Below, one piece after another: positions 1 to 11,060 of a DNA stretch of 64,000 nucleotides. The notes under the pieces are model-generated. The model saw only the letters and a list, made by a program, of their open reading frames with translations, was not told where the DNA came from and ran no database searches. The first letter of the stretch is position 1. Each line of letters opens with the position of its first letter. Made by a program: the position numbers and the translations under genes. The DNA comes from an uncultured Alphaproteobacteria bacterium. Lineage in GTDB: Bacteria; Pseudomonadota; Alphaproteobacteria; Rhodobacterales; Rhodobacteraceae. The stretch is from positions 481 to 64,480 of the forward strand of contig CAVVSO010000012.1 in assembly GCA_963750745.1 (NCBI GenBank), read 5' to 3'.

Positions 1-88
1 GGGAATCGACAGCGGCGGGCGCTTTTTTGGGCCCGTTGATCCGGACTCGATTTCTTCCGCGGCGACCGCCACATGGCGGGATCCGCTC

Positions 89-127
89 ATGCACGGGGCA
101 TGCACAACGTATGCACAACTCATATGC
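89..127. repeat. Three ATGCAC direct repeats at 11-bp period
   Basis: ATGCAC at 89, 100 and 111 (ATGCACGGGGC/ATGCACAACGT/ATGCACAACTC), just downstream of the cytochrome operon. Confidence 0.6.
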
Positions 128-154
128 TAAGGAAAAGACTCAGGAATTGCGGCG

Positions 155-1649
155 TCAGAGCGTCTTCAGGTACTCGATCAGCGCCGCCTTGTCGGCGGGG
201 GGCAGCGTGGTGCCGTAGGTGTGGCCGCCGTTGCCGTTGCCGCGCTCGGTGGTGTCGAAGCGGAAGAGCGCGCGGGCAGTCGTCGTCGGGCGGCGGTGGC
301 TGCGGAAGCCGACCGCGACCGGGTCGTAGATGTCGCAGCCGCGCCAGAAGCTCGGTCGGGCGCTCGGTCGGGCGGCGTCGAGCAGCGCGGTCAGCGAGGG
401 GACCGAGCCGTTGTGCAGGTAGGGGGCGCGGAGCCAGATGCCGTCGAGCGGCTGGCTGGCGTAGCCGACGTCCTTGACCATCGCCTTGCGCTCGACGCCG
501 AGCTCGAGCGCCTTGGCGTTGGTGGCGTCGGCGTTCGCCTGCGTCCAGGTGTCGAAGCGCTCGCGGTCGGTGCCGATCTCGTCGATCGGCACGGTGCGGC
601 CGAAGCGGGCGCCGCCGGGGGCGTGGCAGTCGGCGCAGTTCGCGGCCCAGACCGCCTCGCCCTGGGCGGCGAGCGCCGCGTCGATCGGGAAGGGGTAGGG
701 CGGCGGCTGCTTGGCGCGCAGGTAGTCGCGGTGCTTCGAGCATGTCGTCGGTGACGGTCTCGGGCGGGGCGCCGATGCCGAGCGCGCTGTCGATGTAGAC
801 GGCGAGCGGGTCCTGGGTCTCGCCGGCCCAGTTGAGCGAGGTGCCCTCGCGCAGGCCGGCGTTCCAGATCGAGGGGAAGTCGGCGTTGTCGACGGTGTCG
901 TCGTCGGGGAGGCCGAGGAGGTTGAACTTGGTCAGGTTGAACGGGCCGTCGCGGCCGGGGCCCCAGGCCGGGCCGGCCGTGGGTGTGGATCCAGGCGAAG
1001 TCCTCGCGCCTGCTCGAGCACGCGCTTGCTTGGCGATCGGGATGATGACGAAGCGGTAGATCAGCTTGTCGTCGAGCCCGAGGTCGAAGTTGCGCTCGAT
1101 CTCGCCCATCATGCCGTCGCCGGACCAGCGCGGGTCGTTGGCGGCGGCCTCGAGGAAGTCGAGGAAGGCCATGGCGTTGGTGGTGTGCGAGGGGCCGGTG
1201 GGCACGATGACCGGGCGTCGGCGTCGGGCGCGGTGCGGTAGCTCGCGGCGTGGCAGATGGCGCAGGTCTGGGTGATGCGCGGGAAGCCCATGGTCTTCTT
1301 CGAGAAGCCGACCGGCAGCTCGCGGCCCTCCTCCCAGGGGATGCCGAAGGCGCGGTAGCCGCCGGGGCCGGGCATCAGGTCGCCGAAGACCCGCGGCAGC
1401 ACGTGGAAGATCGGGTAGGGGATGCCGAGGTCGGCCTCGGCGCCGAGCGAGCCGTACTTGAAGCGCTCCTCGGCCGGGTCGGCGCAGAGCTCGGCGCGGC
1501 GCGAGGGCTCGACGTCGCCGCAGACCTCCTGCGGCAGGGTGCGGAAGGCCTTGTACCAGACGTAGACGCCGCCGGCGGCGCCGAGGACGACGAGCACCGC
1601 GGCGATGCGGAGCGACGGTGTACCAGGGGCCGGCGTCGGGCTTGGCCAT
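155..1649 (-). CDS. RoxA/MauG-like dihaem c-type cytochrome with N-terminal membrane anchor (frameshifted in assembly)
   Basis: Joined frames give MAKPDAGPWY, a TM segment, FKYGSLG, CAICH (~1250-1264), CADCH (~623-637), LDGIWLRAPYLHNGSVPSL and GNGGHTYG...ALIEYLKTL*; GGGAGAG RBS upstream. Confidence 0.85.
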
Positions 1650-1660
1650 GGGGCTCTCCC

Positions 1661-3283
1661 TCAGAAGGTCTTGAGGTGCTCGATCAGCGCGCGCTTCTCG
1701 TCGGGCGGCAGGGCGGTGCCGTAGAGATGGCCGCCGTTGCCGTTGCCGCGGCAGGGGCCGGCGGCGCAGGCGCCGTTCATCGGCGGCGCGCCGGCCGGGC
1801 AGTCGGCGGCGGCGGCGGCGGTGGTGACGTAGCAGAAGAGGCGCGGCGTAGAGCGCCGGGTCGATGCGCGGCGGGGTCGCTGACGAAGCCCATGGCGCGC
1901 GGGTCGTAGACGTCGTAGCCGCGCAGGAAGGCGCGCGGGCGCTCGGTCGGGCGGCGACGAGCAGCGCCTCGAGCGTCGGGACCGAGCCGTTGTGCAGGTA
2001 GGGCGCGCGCAGCCAGAGGCCGTCGAGCGGGGCGTTGGCGTAGCCGTCGGTCTTGCGGAAGGTCTGGAAGCGCTCGGCGCCGAAGTCGGCGTAGAGCACG
2101 TTCTGGTTGACCGCGAGGTCGCGGGTGTAGTTGTCGAGCCGGCCGCGGTCGGTGCCGATCTCGGCGATCGGCGTGACCTTGCCGACGTAGGCGCCGGTGA
2201 AGTCGCGGCCCGAGGCGCCGTGGCAGGCGGCGCACTCGCGGGCGTAGACCGGCGCGCCCTCGCGCGGCGAGGGCGGCGTCGAACTGGCCGGGGAAGACGT
2301 CGGCGAAGCGCGGCGGCTCGGCGGTCGCGAGCCAGTCCTCCATGCGCTTCAGCGACGTCGCGGTCGAGGATCGGCGGGGTGGCGCCGGTGCCGAAGGCGG
2401 CGGAGCGGTTGCGCTCGGAGACCTTGGTGTTGTTGCCGTCCCAGTGCAGCTGCATGCCGGTCTTCGGGCCCTGCAGGAAGACCGACGGGAAGTCGACGAC
2501 GCCGATGCGCTCGCGCTCGGGGATCTGCGGCGAAGTTCCAGTTCAGCAGCGCCTTGGCCGGGTTGAAGGTGTCGAAGCGGCCGGGGCCGAAGGTCGGCTC
2601 GTGCGTGGACGAAGTCGTCGAAGCGGTCGACGATGGTCGAGCAGCCGCTCGCGGACCATGCCGATGCCGACGAAGCTTGCAGCGCCAGCCGGTTGACGAG
2701 GTCGAGCTCGAGGCCCATCGGCGTCGATCTCGGCGAGGAAGCGGTCGGCGCTGAAGCGCTCGTCGACGGCGGCGCGCGGCGAGGAAGCCCTGGAAGGCCG
2801 AGAGGTCGACGGTGTTCGAGGGCATGCCGGCGACGATCAGCGGCGCGGCGCCGGCGGCGGTGCGGACGCTGCCGGCGTGGCAGCCGGCGCAGTTGAGGAA
2901 GATGCGGTCGATGCCCATGGTGGCTGCGCAGCGAGGTGCCGACCGGGCGGGGGTGGTCGAGCTCGGGCGGCAGGTCGGCGGGGTCCTCGGTGAGGAAGCC
3001 GAAGGCGGCCCAGCCCTCGTCCTCGCGGCCCGGCGGCATCAGGTCGCGGAAGAGGTGCGGCATCGCCTGCCACATCGCGTAGGGCAGGCCGAAGTTGCGG
3101 TCGCCGCCGGTCGAGCCGTACTTGAACTGCGCGACCGGGTCGGCGAAGGTCTCGGCGGTGTCGCGGGTCAGCCGCCAGGCGAAGTAGCCGCCGGCGGCCA
3201 GCGCGGTGACGAAGGAGACCAGGCTCAGCGAACATCAGCCAGCGGGCGAGGCCGTGCAGGATGCCGTCGTCGTCGTCAGCCAT
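1661..3283 (-). CDS. RoxA/MauG-like dihaem c-type cytochrome, paralogue of the downstream gene (frameshifted)
   Basis: N-terminal TM, QFKYGSTGG, LNCAGCH (~2877-2891), ECAACH (~2220-2236), LDGLWLRAPYLHNGSVPTL, GNGGHLYG...ALIEHLKTF*. Confidence 0.85.
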
Positions 3284-4753
3284 CGGTGCCCCCGAGGATG
3301 CGTGCCGATCAGCGCCAGCGCCGCGGCCGCGCGGGAAAGGCCCGGCCGCGAGCGCCGCGGCGCCGGCGTGCGGCGGCGAGGCCGGCGTCGAGGCGGGCGA
3401 GGTCGTCGGCGAGGCGTGAGCTCGACGGCGGTGGCGGTGAGCGTGAGCGCGCTCGATGCGGCGGCCGTCGGCGAGGCGGGCGCGGCGGCGCGGCGCCGTC
3501 GGGCGGCAGGTCGATGCCGCGGGTCGGCGGCTGGCCGGGGAGGGACAGGAGCGCGATCCGGCCGGCGCCGTCCGGGGGCGCGGAAGCCGTCGAGGCGGGC
3601 GCCGGCGGCGGCGCAGGCGAAGCGGGCTTCGCTGGCGCCGGCGGGCAGGGCGGCGGCGGTGGTGGTGCAGGGCAGGGTGATGGTCTCGGCGCGGCCGGGG
3701 CCGCGGCGCGAGCCGGGCGTCGATCCAGGCGAGGTCGCCCGGGGAGAACTGGGCGGCGATCTCGCGGGCGGCGGCGGCGAAGGCGTCGGCGCCGGGTTGC
3801 CAGAGGGTGAGCGGCGGGGCGCGGGGTCTCGGGGTCGAGGCGGCCGGTGGTCTCCAGGGCGTCCGGCCTCGTCCTGCGAGCGGGTCGCGGTTGGGCAGGT
3901 CCGGGGAGATCGACGGCGAGGCCGTCGGGCCAGAGCGCGGCGGCGCGTCGAAGGCGGCGCGGCGGTGGCGGTCGGCAGCGCGCCGGCGAGGCCGAAGCGC
4001 AGCGCGGCGGCGAGGAGCGCGGCGCGGCAGGCGGCGTCGGGGCAGGCCTCCGCCCAGAGGCGGTCGGCGAGCGGGAGGCGGGCGGCGCGGTCGGTGGCGG
4101 CGTCGAAGCGCTCGAGCGCGTCGACGGTCTGGCGCACCGGCGCGCCGTGGAAGCGTCGGGCCGAGCGGCGGCGAGGCGGGCGGCGATCGCCGGGTTGGCG
4201 TTGGTCTCCGTCCAGAGCGGGCGGGGGAAGATCGGGCCCTGGCCCTGGTGGCAGGCGAGGCAGACGCGGCGCTCGGCCGGCTCGGCGGCGGCGGGGGCGT
4301 CGGCGGCGTAGCCGACGATCTCCTGGAACTCGAAGCGGCCGGCGGCGGGGTTGTAGCTGATCGCCTCGATCACCTCGGCGGCGGGCTGGTAGCCGAGGAA
4401 GAGCCGGTCGGCGAGGCGGAGGCCGTCGGGGCCGGCGGCGAGGTCGCCGGTCACGGCGACGACGAGCCGCGGCGAGGCGAAGATAGTCGGGGTCGGCGGC
4501 GTAGCGCTGCAGCGAGCGGCCGAGCGGGATCAGCGCGGTGGCGACGTTCTCGGGGCCGGCGAGGGCGCGCAGCCGGTCGAGGACGGCCTCGAACGGGGTG
4601 GGCAGGCCGTCGGGGAAGATCTCGTCGAGCAGCGAGCGGCCGGCGGGCGGCGCGTCGGGGCCGAGGTCGGGGCCGGTCGAGCAGCGCGGGCGCGGCGGCG
4701 GCGGGCGTGGCGAGCGCTGCGGCGGCCGCCAGCCATGCCACCGCGAGGTTCAT
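3276..4753 (-). CDS. Exported Ala/Pro-rich protein with one CXXCH (putative monohaem cytochrome c; frameshifted, 3' end approximate)
   Basis: Signal peptide MNLAVAWLAAAAALATPAAA; IEAISYNPAAGRFEFQEI...VCLACHQGQGPIFPRPLWTETNANP. Confidence 0.7.
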
Positions 4754-5738
4754 TGAGCTCGGCCTGGCGTTCCTGCTCGCCGGGCCAGCAGTCCTCGGCG
4801 ACCGCGTCGCCGCGGGCGAAGCCGTCGAGGCCGGCGTCGGCCACCTCGTCGTTGTAGAGCATGAAGTTCAGCAGGAAGATCTTGTTGGCGTAGGCGCGGC
4901 CCAGATAGAAGCCGGGCCGGATCATCCGGATCTCGTCGCGGATGCGCAGGCCGTTGCGGCCGGCGAGCGCGTCGGGATGCTCCTGGTAGCCGGGCGATCT
5001 CGTCGTTGTAGGCGTAGTCGATGATCACCGACTCGCGGCGGCCGTCGAGCAGGCTCTGGCCGCAGTAGAGCTTGGCCGGGAACAGCAGCCAGACGTCGGT
5101 GGTGGGCAGGATGTGCCGGAGCCAGCCTTCGCGCGGCACGGTGGCTGTCTGCAGCGCGTCGGGGTCGTCGATCAGGCCTGCGCAGGGCGCGGAAGTTCTC
5201 GATGAAGTTCCGGAGCTCCCGCTCGTCGCGGTAGAACATCTTGCCCTTCCAGAGCGCGCGGCCGGCGCTCTCGGCGAGATCGATCTTCTCGGCCGCGACG
5301 CGGCCCTCGAGGCCGCCGAGGATCTCCTCGAGCCGCGGCTTCAGGGTCTCGCCGCGGGAGAAGAAGAGGTCGCCGAGGTAGGGGCCGTCGGGGATCGGGC
5401 CGGCGGTGAGGCGGGCGTAGAGCTGGTCGACCTCCTCCTGGCTCAGCGCCAGGATGTTGGCGGGGGTCGAGCTTCGCCCGCTCGGCGCGGGTGAGCGGGA
5501 AGTCGTGCTCGACCTTGGCGAGGTCGACGCGGAAGGTCTTGGTCGGGTTGTCCGGGTCGTGCAGGCTCGGGTCGGTCAGCGGCGCGAAGGGGATGTCGGG
5601 GCGCACCGGGGTGACGCTCTCCTGCGACACCGCGAGCAGGTAGCCGAAGCCGGCGAGGCGGACGCCCCAGAGCGCGGCGACGACGAGGACGAGGACCAGC
5701 ACGATCCCGACGACGAGGCGGAGGAGGCGTTCGAGCAT
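4750..5738 (-). CDS. Membrane-anchored conserved hypothetical protein without haem motif (frameshifted)
   Basis: MLERLLRLVVGIVLVLVLVVAALW TM; fragments LWKGKMF, LFPAKLYCGQSLLDGRRESVIIDYAYND, IRDEIRMIRPGFYLGRAY; ends at the ATGA overlap with the next gene. Confidence 0.7.
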
Positions 5739-5746
5739 CGCCGGCC

Positions 5747-8220
5747 TCAGAGCGTCGCCACGAAGGCGATGAGCGCCTGCTTGTCGCGCTCGCTCAGGCC
5801 CTCGCCGAACCGGTGGCCGTCGTTCTCCACGTGCTCGAGCAGGTTGGAGTAGTAGCGCTGCACGAAGTCGTTGCCGACCTGCAGCGTCAGGTCCTGGACC
5901 CGGCCGACCACCGCCTCGTCGCGGCCGAGCACCAGCTCGATGCCGGTCGAGCGCGCCGTTCTCGATCAGCGGCGCCGCGGATCGCCTCGAGGCCGTCGCG
6001 CAGCTCGCTGGCGCTCGGCGGCGGTGAGGAGCGTCGCGTACTTGGCCTCGAAGCTGGCCGGGTCGCTGCCGACGAGCACCAGGTCCTGGATCATGTCCTT
6101 GTAGCGCAGCGAGTTCACGTCGACCGCCGGGAAGCCGGCGGGGATGGTCAGCGTCGAGCCCGAGGTCGCGGCCGAGCAGGTTCAGCCGCGGCGCGATGTC
6201 GATGACGATGTCGCTGTCGAGCACGAACATCTTGGGGATCCGGCGCGTCGGGGTTGAGCAGCTCCTGCATCGAGGCCTCGTAGAGCGCGTAGCGGCCCTC
6301 GACGCTCGGGATCGAAGGCGCAGGCAGCCGGGCGGGTCGGCGAGCGGCTTGCCGGCGGCGTCGACGTAGGGCGAGGCGTAGAAGTCGAGCGCCGGCGGTC
6401 TCGCGGCTTGCCGCAGAATCTCGGGGCCGATGGCGTTGTTGTGCATGAAGGGCGCGTGCGCCCAGGCGCTGAGCAGCGAGATGTTGCGGTAGTAGCCGCG
6501 GCCGCCGCCGTTCATCACCTCGGGCCGCAGCGGGTCGGCCGGGCGGCTCTGCTCGATCGGCGAGGCGTACTCGGCCCAGACCCGGCTCTGCATGTGGTTG
6601 GAGTGCAGCGACCGCGCCGGATAGGTGCCGATCTCGGAGGCCGGCGACGATCTCGTCGTTGCCGAGCCAGTCGAGCCGCAGCGTCGGGTCGGCCGGGTCG
6701 GTGGCGAGTGAAGTCGGTGTGATCGTAGGGGCCGGGCTGGCTCGAATGGCAGCGGGCGCAGTTCTCGGCGAAGACCTGCCGGCCCTGCTCGACCGCGCCG
6801 TCGAAGAACTCGGCGTCGAGCGTCGACCTCGAGGTCGCGCGGCGAGGCGAGGCCGCGGGCGCGCCAGAGGTCGGTCGGGCGCGCGGTCAGGAAGAAGGCG
6901 CGGATGTCGTCGAGCCGGTCCTCGATCGCGCGGAACGAGCCGCAGTCGCGCCGGCACTGGCCGATGTCGAACGGGGTCTGGCCGTAGTTGCGCTGCTCGG
7001 GGTCGGCGGCGCGCAGGTCGGTCAGGTGGTTGATCCAGCACTGCTCGGCGCAGGAGCCGATGTTGAAGTAGACCCGCTGGATCGCCTCGTTGTAGCCGAT
7101 CGAATCCTCGCCGCCCTTCAGGACGAGGGCACCATCTCGGTCTTGAGGCTGCGCTCCCAGCATTTGCCCTCGCGGCCCGGCTCGCACCAGCAGGCCGTCG
7201 GGGTCGGCGTCGGCGGCGCAGGCCGAGGCCTTGCGCCACTTCAGCACGTCGTCCTCGATGCAGCGGCCGGCGGGCGAAGTTGATGATCGCGTTCATCGTG
7301 CCCGGGTTGGAGACGAAGTCCATCGGCAGCGCCGAGGTGTCGACGATCCCGGGCCGGGCGCGGGCGATGAGCTGCCATTCCAGGCGGTGCGGCGAGAGGC
7401 CGCTGCCGAGGAGGTTGGAGATGCGGCTGTACTGGTTGCCGACCAGCGCGTCGATGTTCTCCCAGGCCGGCGCCTTCGGGTCGGCCGGCGGCTTCAGCGG
7501 GTCGTAGGCGATGTGGCAGGCGCCGCAGGCCATGCCGATGCGGAACGGCGGCTCGACCGAGCCGTCCCAGAGCCGGTTGAGGCGGCTGTCGGGGCTGGCC
7601 GGGTCGTTCGAGAGGAAGGCGGCGTAGCCTGCCCAGCCGCCGATCCTGTCCCAGGCGGCGGCGTCGAAGCGCGGGTTGGGGAACTTGCGCAGGCCGAGCG
7701 CGCCGGTCGAGGTGCCGAAGCGGAGGTCGCAGGCGCTCTGCCGCTGGTCGAGCGCTGCCGTGCGGCGTCGAGGTGTCGAACGGCGCGTCGGCGAAGTCGC
7801 AGGCGGGGTCGCGGTAGCCCTCGCGGCCGACGAAGGAGAGCAGCGCGTCGTCGCCGGGGCACCAGAGGAAGCCGTAGGTCTCGGTGGCCGAGCGGGCCGG
7901 GCAGTCGGGATCGCCGGGCACGCAGCAGTCGGGGTCGGGGATGGCGCCCCAGGCCTCGAAGAGGTCCTGCCGCCGGTCGGCGCGCAGGATGCCGTACCAG
8001 TCGATCGCGCCGCCGAGCCGCTGCGGGTAGGTGTAGGTGAAGAAGCGGTCGTTGAAGGCGGTGGCGAACATCCAGATCTCGCGCCCGGCGCGCTCGCTCG
8101 GCGAGAGCCCGGCGTCGGTGGCGGCGAAGGCGGGGCTGAGCACGCTCTGGGCGCGCGCGGGGCCGGGAGGCTCAGCGAGAAGGGCCAGCGCAGACCGGCG
8201 AGCAGACCGACGAGACGCAT
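5747..8220 (-). CDS. Large (~820 aa) exported dihaem c-type cytochrome, RoxA-like C-terminus (frameshifted)
   Basis: Start MRLVGLLAG after GGGAGG; GMACGACH (~7513-7530), FAENCARCH (~6746-6760), YYRNISLLSAWAHAPFMHNN, ENDGHRFGEGLSERDKQALIAFVATL*. Confidence 0.8.
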
Positions 8221-8436
8221 CGTTTCCTCCCTGGCGAACGCACGACCGAAATTCTCTGGCGACAATGGGCAGAGAATAAAAGCCCGTCTTTAATGGGGAA
8301 AAGCTACCACCGACGCGACTGTCCGTCAATTCGCGCAGCGGGTCTGGGCTCAGGCGGGGTGCCCGGGCGCGGGCGTTGACGCGCGGCCGCTGGGACCGCT
8401 TTGCTGCGGCGCGGGCAGGCGAGCGGGCGAGACGAG

Positions 8437-10623
8437 ATGCAGCGAGTGACACGGGCCGGGCTGGCGGTGGCGGAGGTGCTGGCGGATTTCGTCGAGAGCG
8501 AGGCGCTGCCGGGCACCGGCGTCGACCGCGGACGACTTCTGGGCGGGCTTCGCCGCGATCCTGGGCGACCTCGCGCCGCGGAACCGCGGCGCTCCTGGCC
8601 GACGCGCGACCGGCTGCAGGCGGAGATCGACGCCTGGCACCGCGGCGAACGGCGCGCCCTCGGACATGGCCGCCTATCGCGGGTTCCTGAGCGAGATCGG
8701 CTACCTGGCGCCGGAGGGGCCGGACTTCGCGATCGAGACGACCGGGGTCGATCCGGAGATCGCCAGCGATCTCGGCGCCGCAGCTGGTGGTGCCGGTGAT
8801 GAACGCGCCGCTTCGCGCTGAACGCCGCGAACGCCCGCTGGGGCTCGCTCTACGACGCGCTCTACGGCACCGACGCCATCCCCGAGACCGACGGCCGGGA
8901 GCGAGGCGACGGCTACAATCCGCGGCGCGGCGCGGCGGTGATCGCCTGGGCGCGGGCGCTTCCTCGACGACGCGGTGCCGCTCGACGGCGCGAGGCTGGG
9001 CGGCGGCGCGGGGCTTCGCGGTGGCGGAGGGCGGGCTCAGGATCGCGCTCGATCGGGGCAGGAGCGCCGGGCTGCGCCGGCCCGAGCAGTTCGCGGGCTA
9101 TCTCGGCGACGCCGGAGGCGCCGCGGCACGTGATCCTGCTGCGCAACAACGGGCTGCACATCGAGGTGCATGATCGATGCCGGCACCGCGAGCGGGCGGG
9201 AGCGATCCGGCGCATATCTCCGACGTCTGGCTGGAGGCGGCGGTCACCGCGATCATGGACTGCGAGGATTCGGTCGCCGCGGTCGACGCCGAGGACAAGG
9301 TCGCGGTCTATCGCAACTGGCTCGGGCTGATGCAGGGCGACCTGGCCGAGCCGGTGAGAAGGGCGGGCGCAGCTTCGTCCGGCGGCTGAACCCGGACGTG
9401 GAATATACCGCAGCCGGACGGCTCGACGCATGACGCTGCGCAGCCGGGCGCTGATGCTGGTGCGCAACGTCGGGCACCTGATGACCAACCCCGGCGATCC
9501 TCGACGCGGCGGGCGCCGAGGTGCCCGAAGGGCATCATGGACGCGATGGTCACCGGCGCTGATCGCGCTGCACGACGTCGGGCCGCAGGGGCGGCGGGCG
9601 AACTCGCCGGCCGGGTCGGTCTACATCGTCAAGCCGAAGATGCACGGGCCGGAGGAGGTCGGCCTTCGCCGTCGAGCTCTTCGGGCGGGTGGAGGCGGCG
9701 CTCGGCATGGCGCCGAACACGCTGAAGATCGGCATCATGGACGAGGAGCGGCGGACCACGGTCAACCTCAAGGAGTGCATCCGGGCGGCGAAGGAGCGGG
9801 TGGTCTTCATCAACACCGGCTTTCTCGACCGCACCGGCGACGAGATCCACACCGCGATGGAGGCCGGCGCGGTGATTCCTAAGGGCGAGATGAAGCGGGC
9901 GGCCTGGTACAAGGCCTACGAGGACTGGAACGTCGACGTCGGGCTCGCCTGCGGCCTGCGCGGGGCATGCGCAGATCGGCAAGGGCATGTGGGCGACGCC
10001 GGACCTGATGGCGGCGATGCTGGCGGAGAAGGGGGCGCAGCCGGCGGCGGGGGCGAATACCGCCTGGGTGCCGTCGCCGACGGCGGCGACGCTGCACGCC
10101 ACGCACTATCACCGGGTGAGCGTGACCGAGGCGCAGGCGCGGCTCGCGGGGCGGAGGCGGGCGCGGCTCGAGGACATCCTGACCCCGCCGGTGGTGGTGC
10201 GGCCGAACTGGTCGCGCGAAGGAGGTGCAGCGGCAATTCGACAACAACGCCCAAGGGATCCTCGGCTACGTCGTGCGCTGGATCGACCAGGGGATCGGCT
10301 GCTCGAAGGTGCCGGACATCCACGATGTCGCGCTGATGGAGGACCGGGCGACGCTGCGGATCTCGTCGCAGCACATGGCGAACTGGCTCCGGCACGGGAT
10401 TTGTTCGCGGGATCAGGTGCTTGAGACGCTGCAGCGGATGGCGGCGGTGGTCGATGCGCAGAACGCGGGCGACCCGCTCTATCGGCCGATGGCGCCGGAT
10501 TTCGCCGGGTCGGTGGCGTTTCAGGCGGCTTGCGATCTGGTGTTCGAGGGGGCGCGGCAGCCGAACGGCTATACCGAGCCGATCCTGCACGCGCGGCGGC
10601 TGGAGCGCAAAGCCTTGGGGTGA
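8437..10623 (+). CDS. glcB: Malate synthase G (frameshifted)
   Basis: Fragments [111 protein letters not shown]. Confidence 0.95.
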
Positions 10624-10630
10624 GGCGCGG

Positions 10631-10918
10631 TCAGCCGCCCGGCGGGGTCTGGCGCTCGTGGATAAGGCGCTGGTGGAGAATGAAATTCTCCACGGTCAGC
10701 TTGACCACGACGGCGAGGGCTATCACCATCTGCCGCTCGCGGGCGACGCCGCCGGTCTCATAGCCGCGGAACATCTCGGCGATCTGCGAGGCGATCATCT
10801 CGTAGGCGGTGTCGCGGTCGAGCGCCACCGGTCCCCAGGCGATCGGATCGCCGCGCTCGACCTCGCGGGCGAGGGCGGCGAGGGTGCGGTGGTCGAGGGT
10901 GAATCCGGGGTCGGTCAT
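10631..10918 (-). CDS. Hypothetical protein (95 aa)
   Basis: Clean ORF with GGAGG RBS and non-biased composition, convergent on glcB. Confidence 0.7.
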   Translation of the reverse strand: MTDPGFTLDHRTLAALAREVERGDPIAWGPVALDRDTAYEMIASQIAEMFRGYETGGVARERQMVIALAVVVKLTVENFILHQRLIHERQTPPGG

Positions 10919-10969
10919 CCTGCCTCCTGCTCGGGGACGATTCTCTCTGGGTTAACAGGCATTTGGGCG

Positions 10970-11017
10970 ATCTTGATCGCATCTTGAACGCATCTGGAAA
11001 CCATCTAGATGTTTTAG
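10970..11017. repeat. Four 11-bp-phased ATCT repeats ending in palindrome CATCTAGATG, in a divergent intergenic region
   Basis: ATCTTGATCGC, ATCTTGAACGC, ATCTGGAAACC and ATCTAGATGTT start at 10970, 10981, 10992 and 11003. Confidence 0.65.
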
Positions 11018-11060
11018 CTGCCAGCGGAGAAGATTAACATGGCGCAATCGGGGGCCTGCG

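Noticed and set aside
89-127. Short repeats as a possible CRISPR remnant
   Set aside because: An 11-bp period has no room for spacers, and there are no cas genes in the window
155-8220. Calling the cytochromes roxA/roxB or mauG
   Set aside because: The motifs support only superfamily membership; lengths, membrane anchors and gene context differ, so no gene symbol was assigned
10975-11000. GATC-N7-GAAC-N7-GAAA resembling the alphaproteobacterial LexA box (GAAC-N7-GAAC)
   Set aside because: Only one half-site is perfect and the neighbours are not SOS genes; kept only as an unassigned phased repeat
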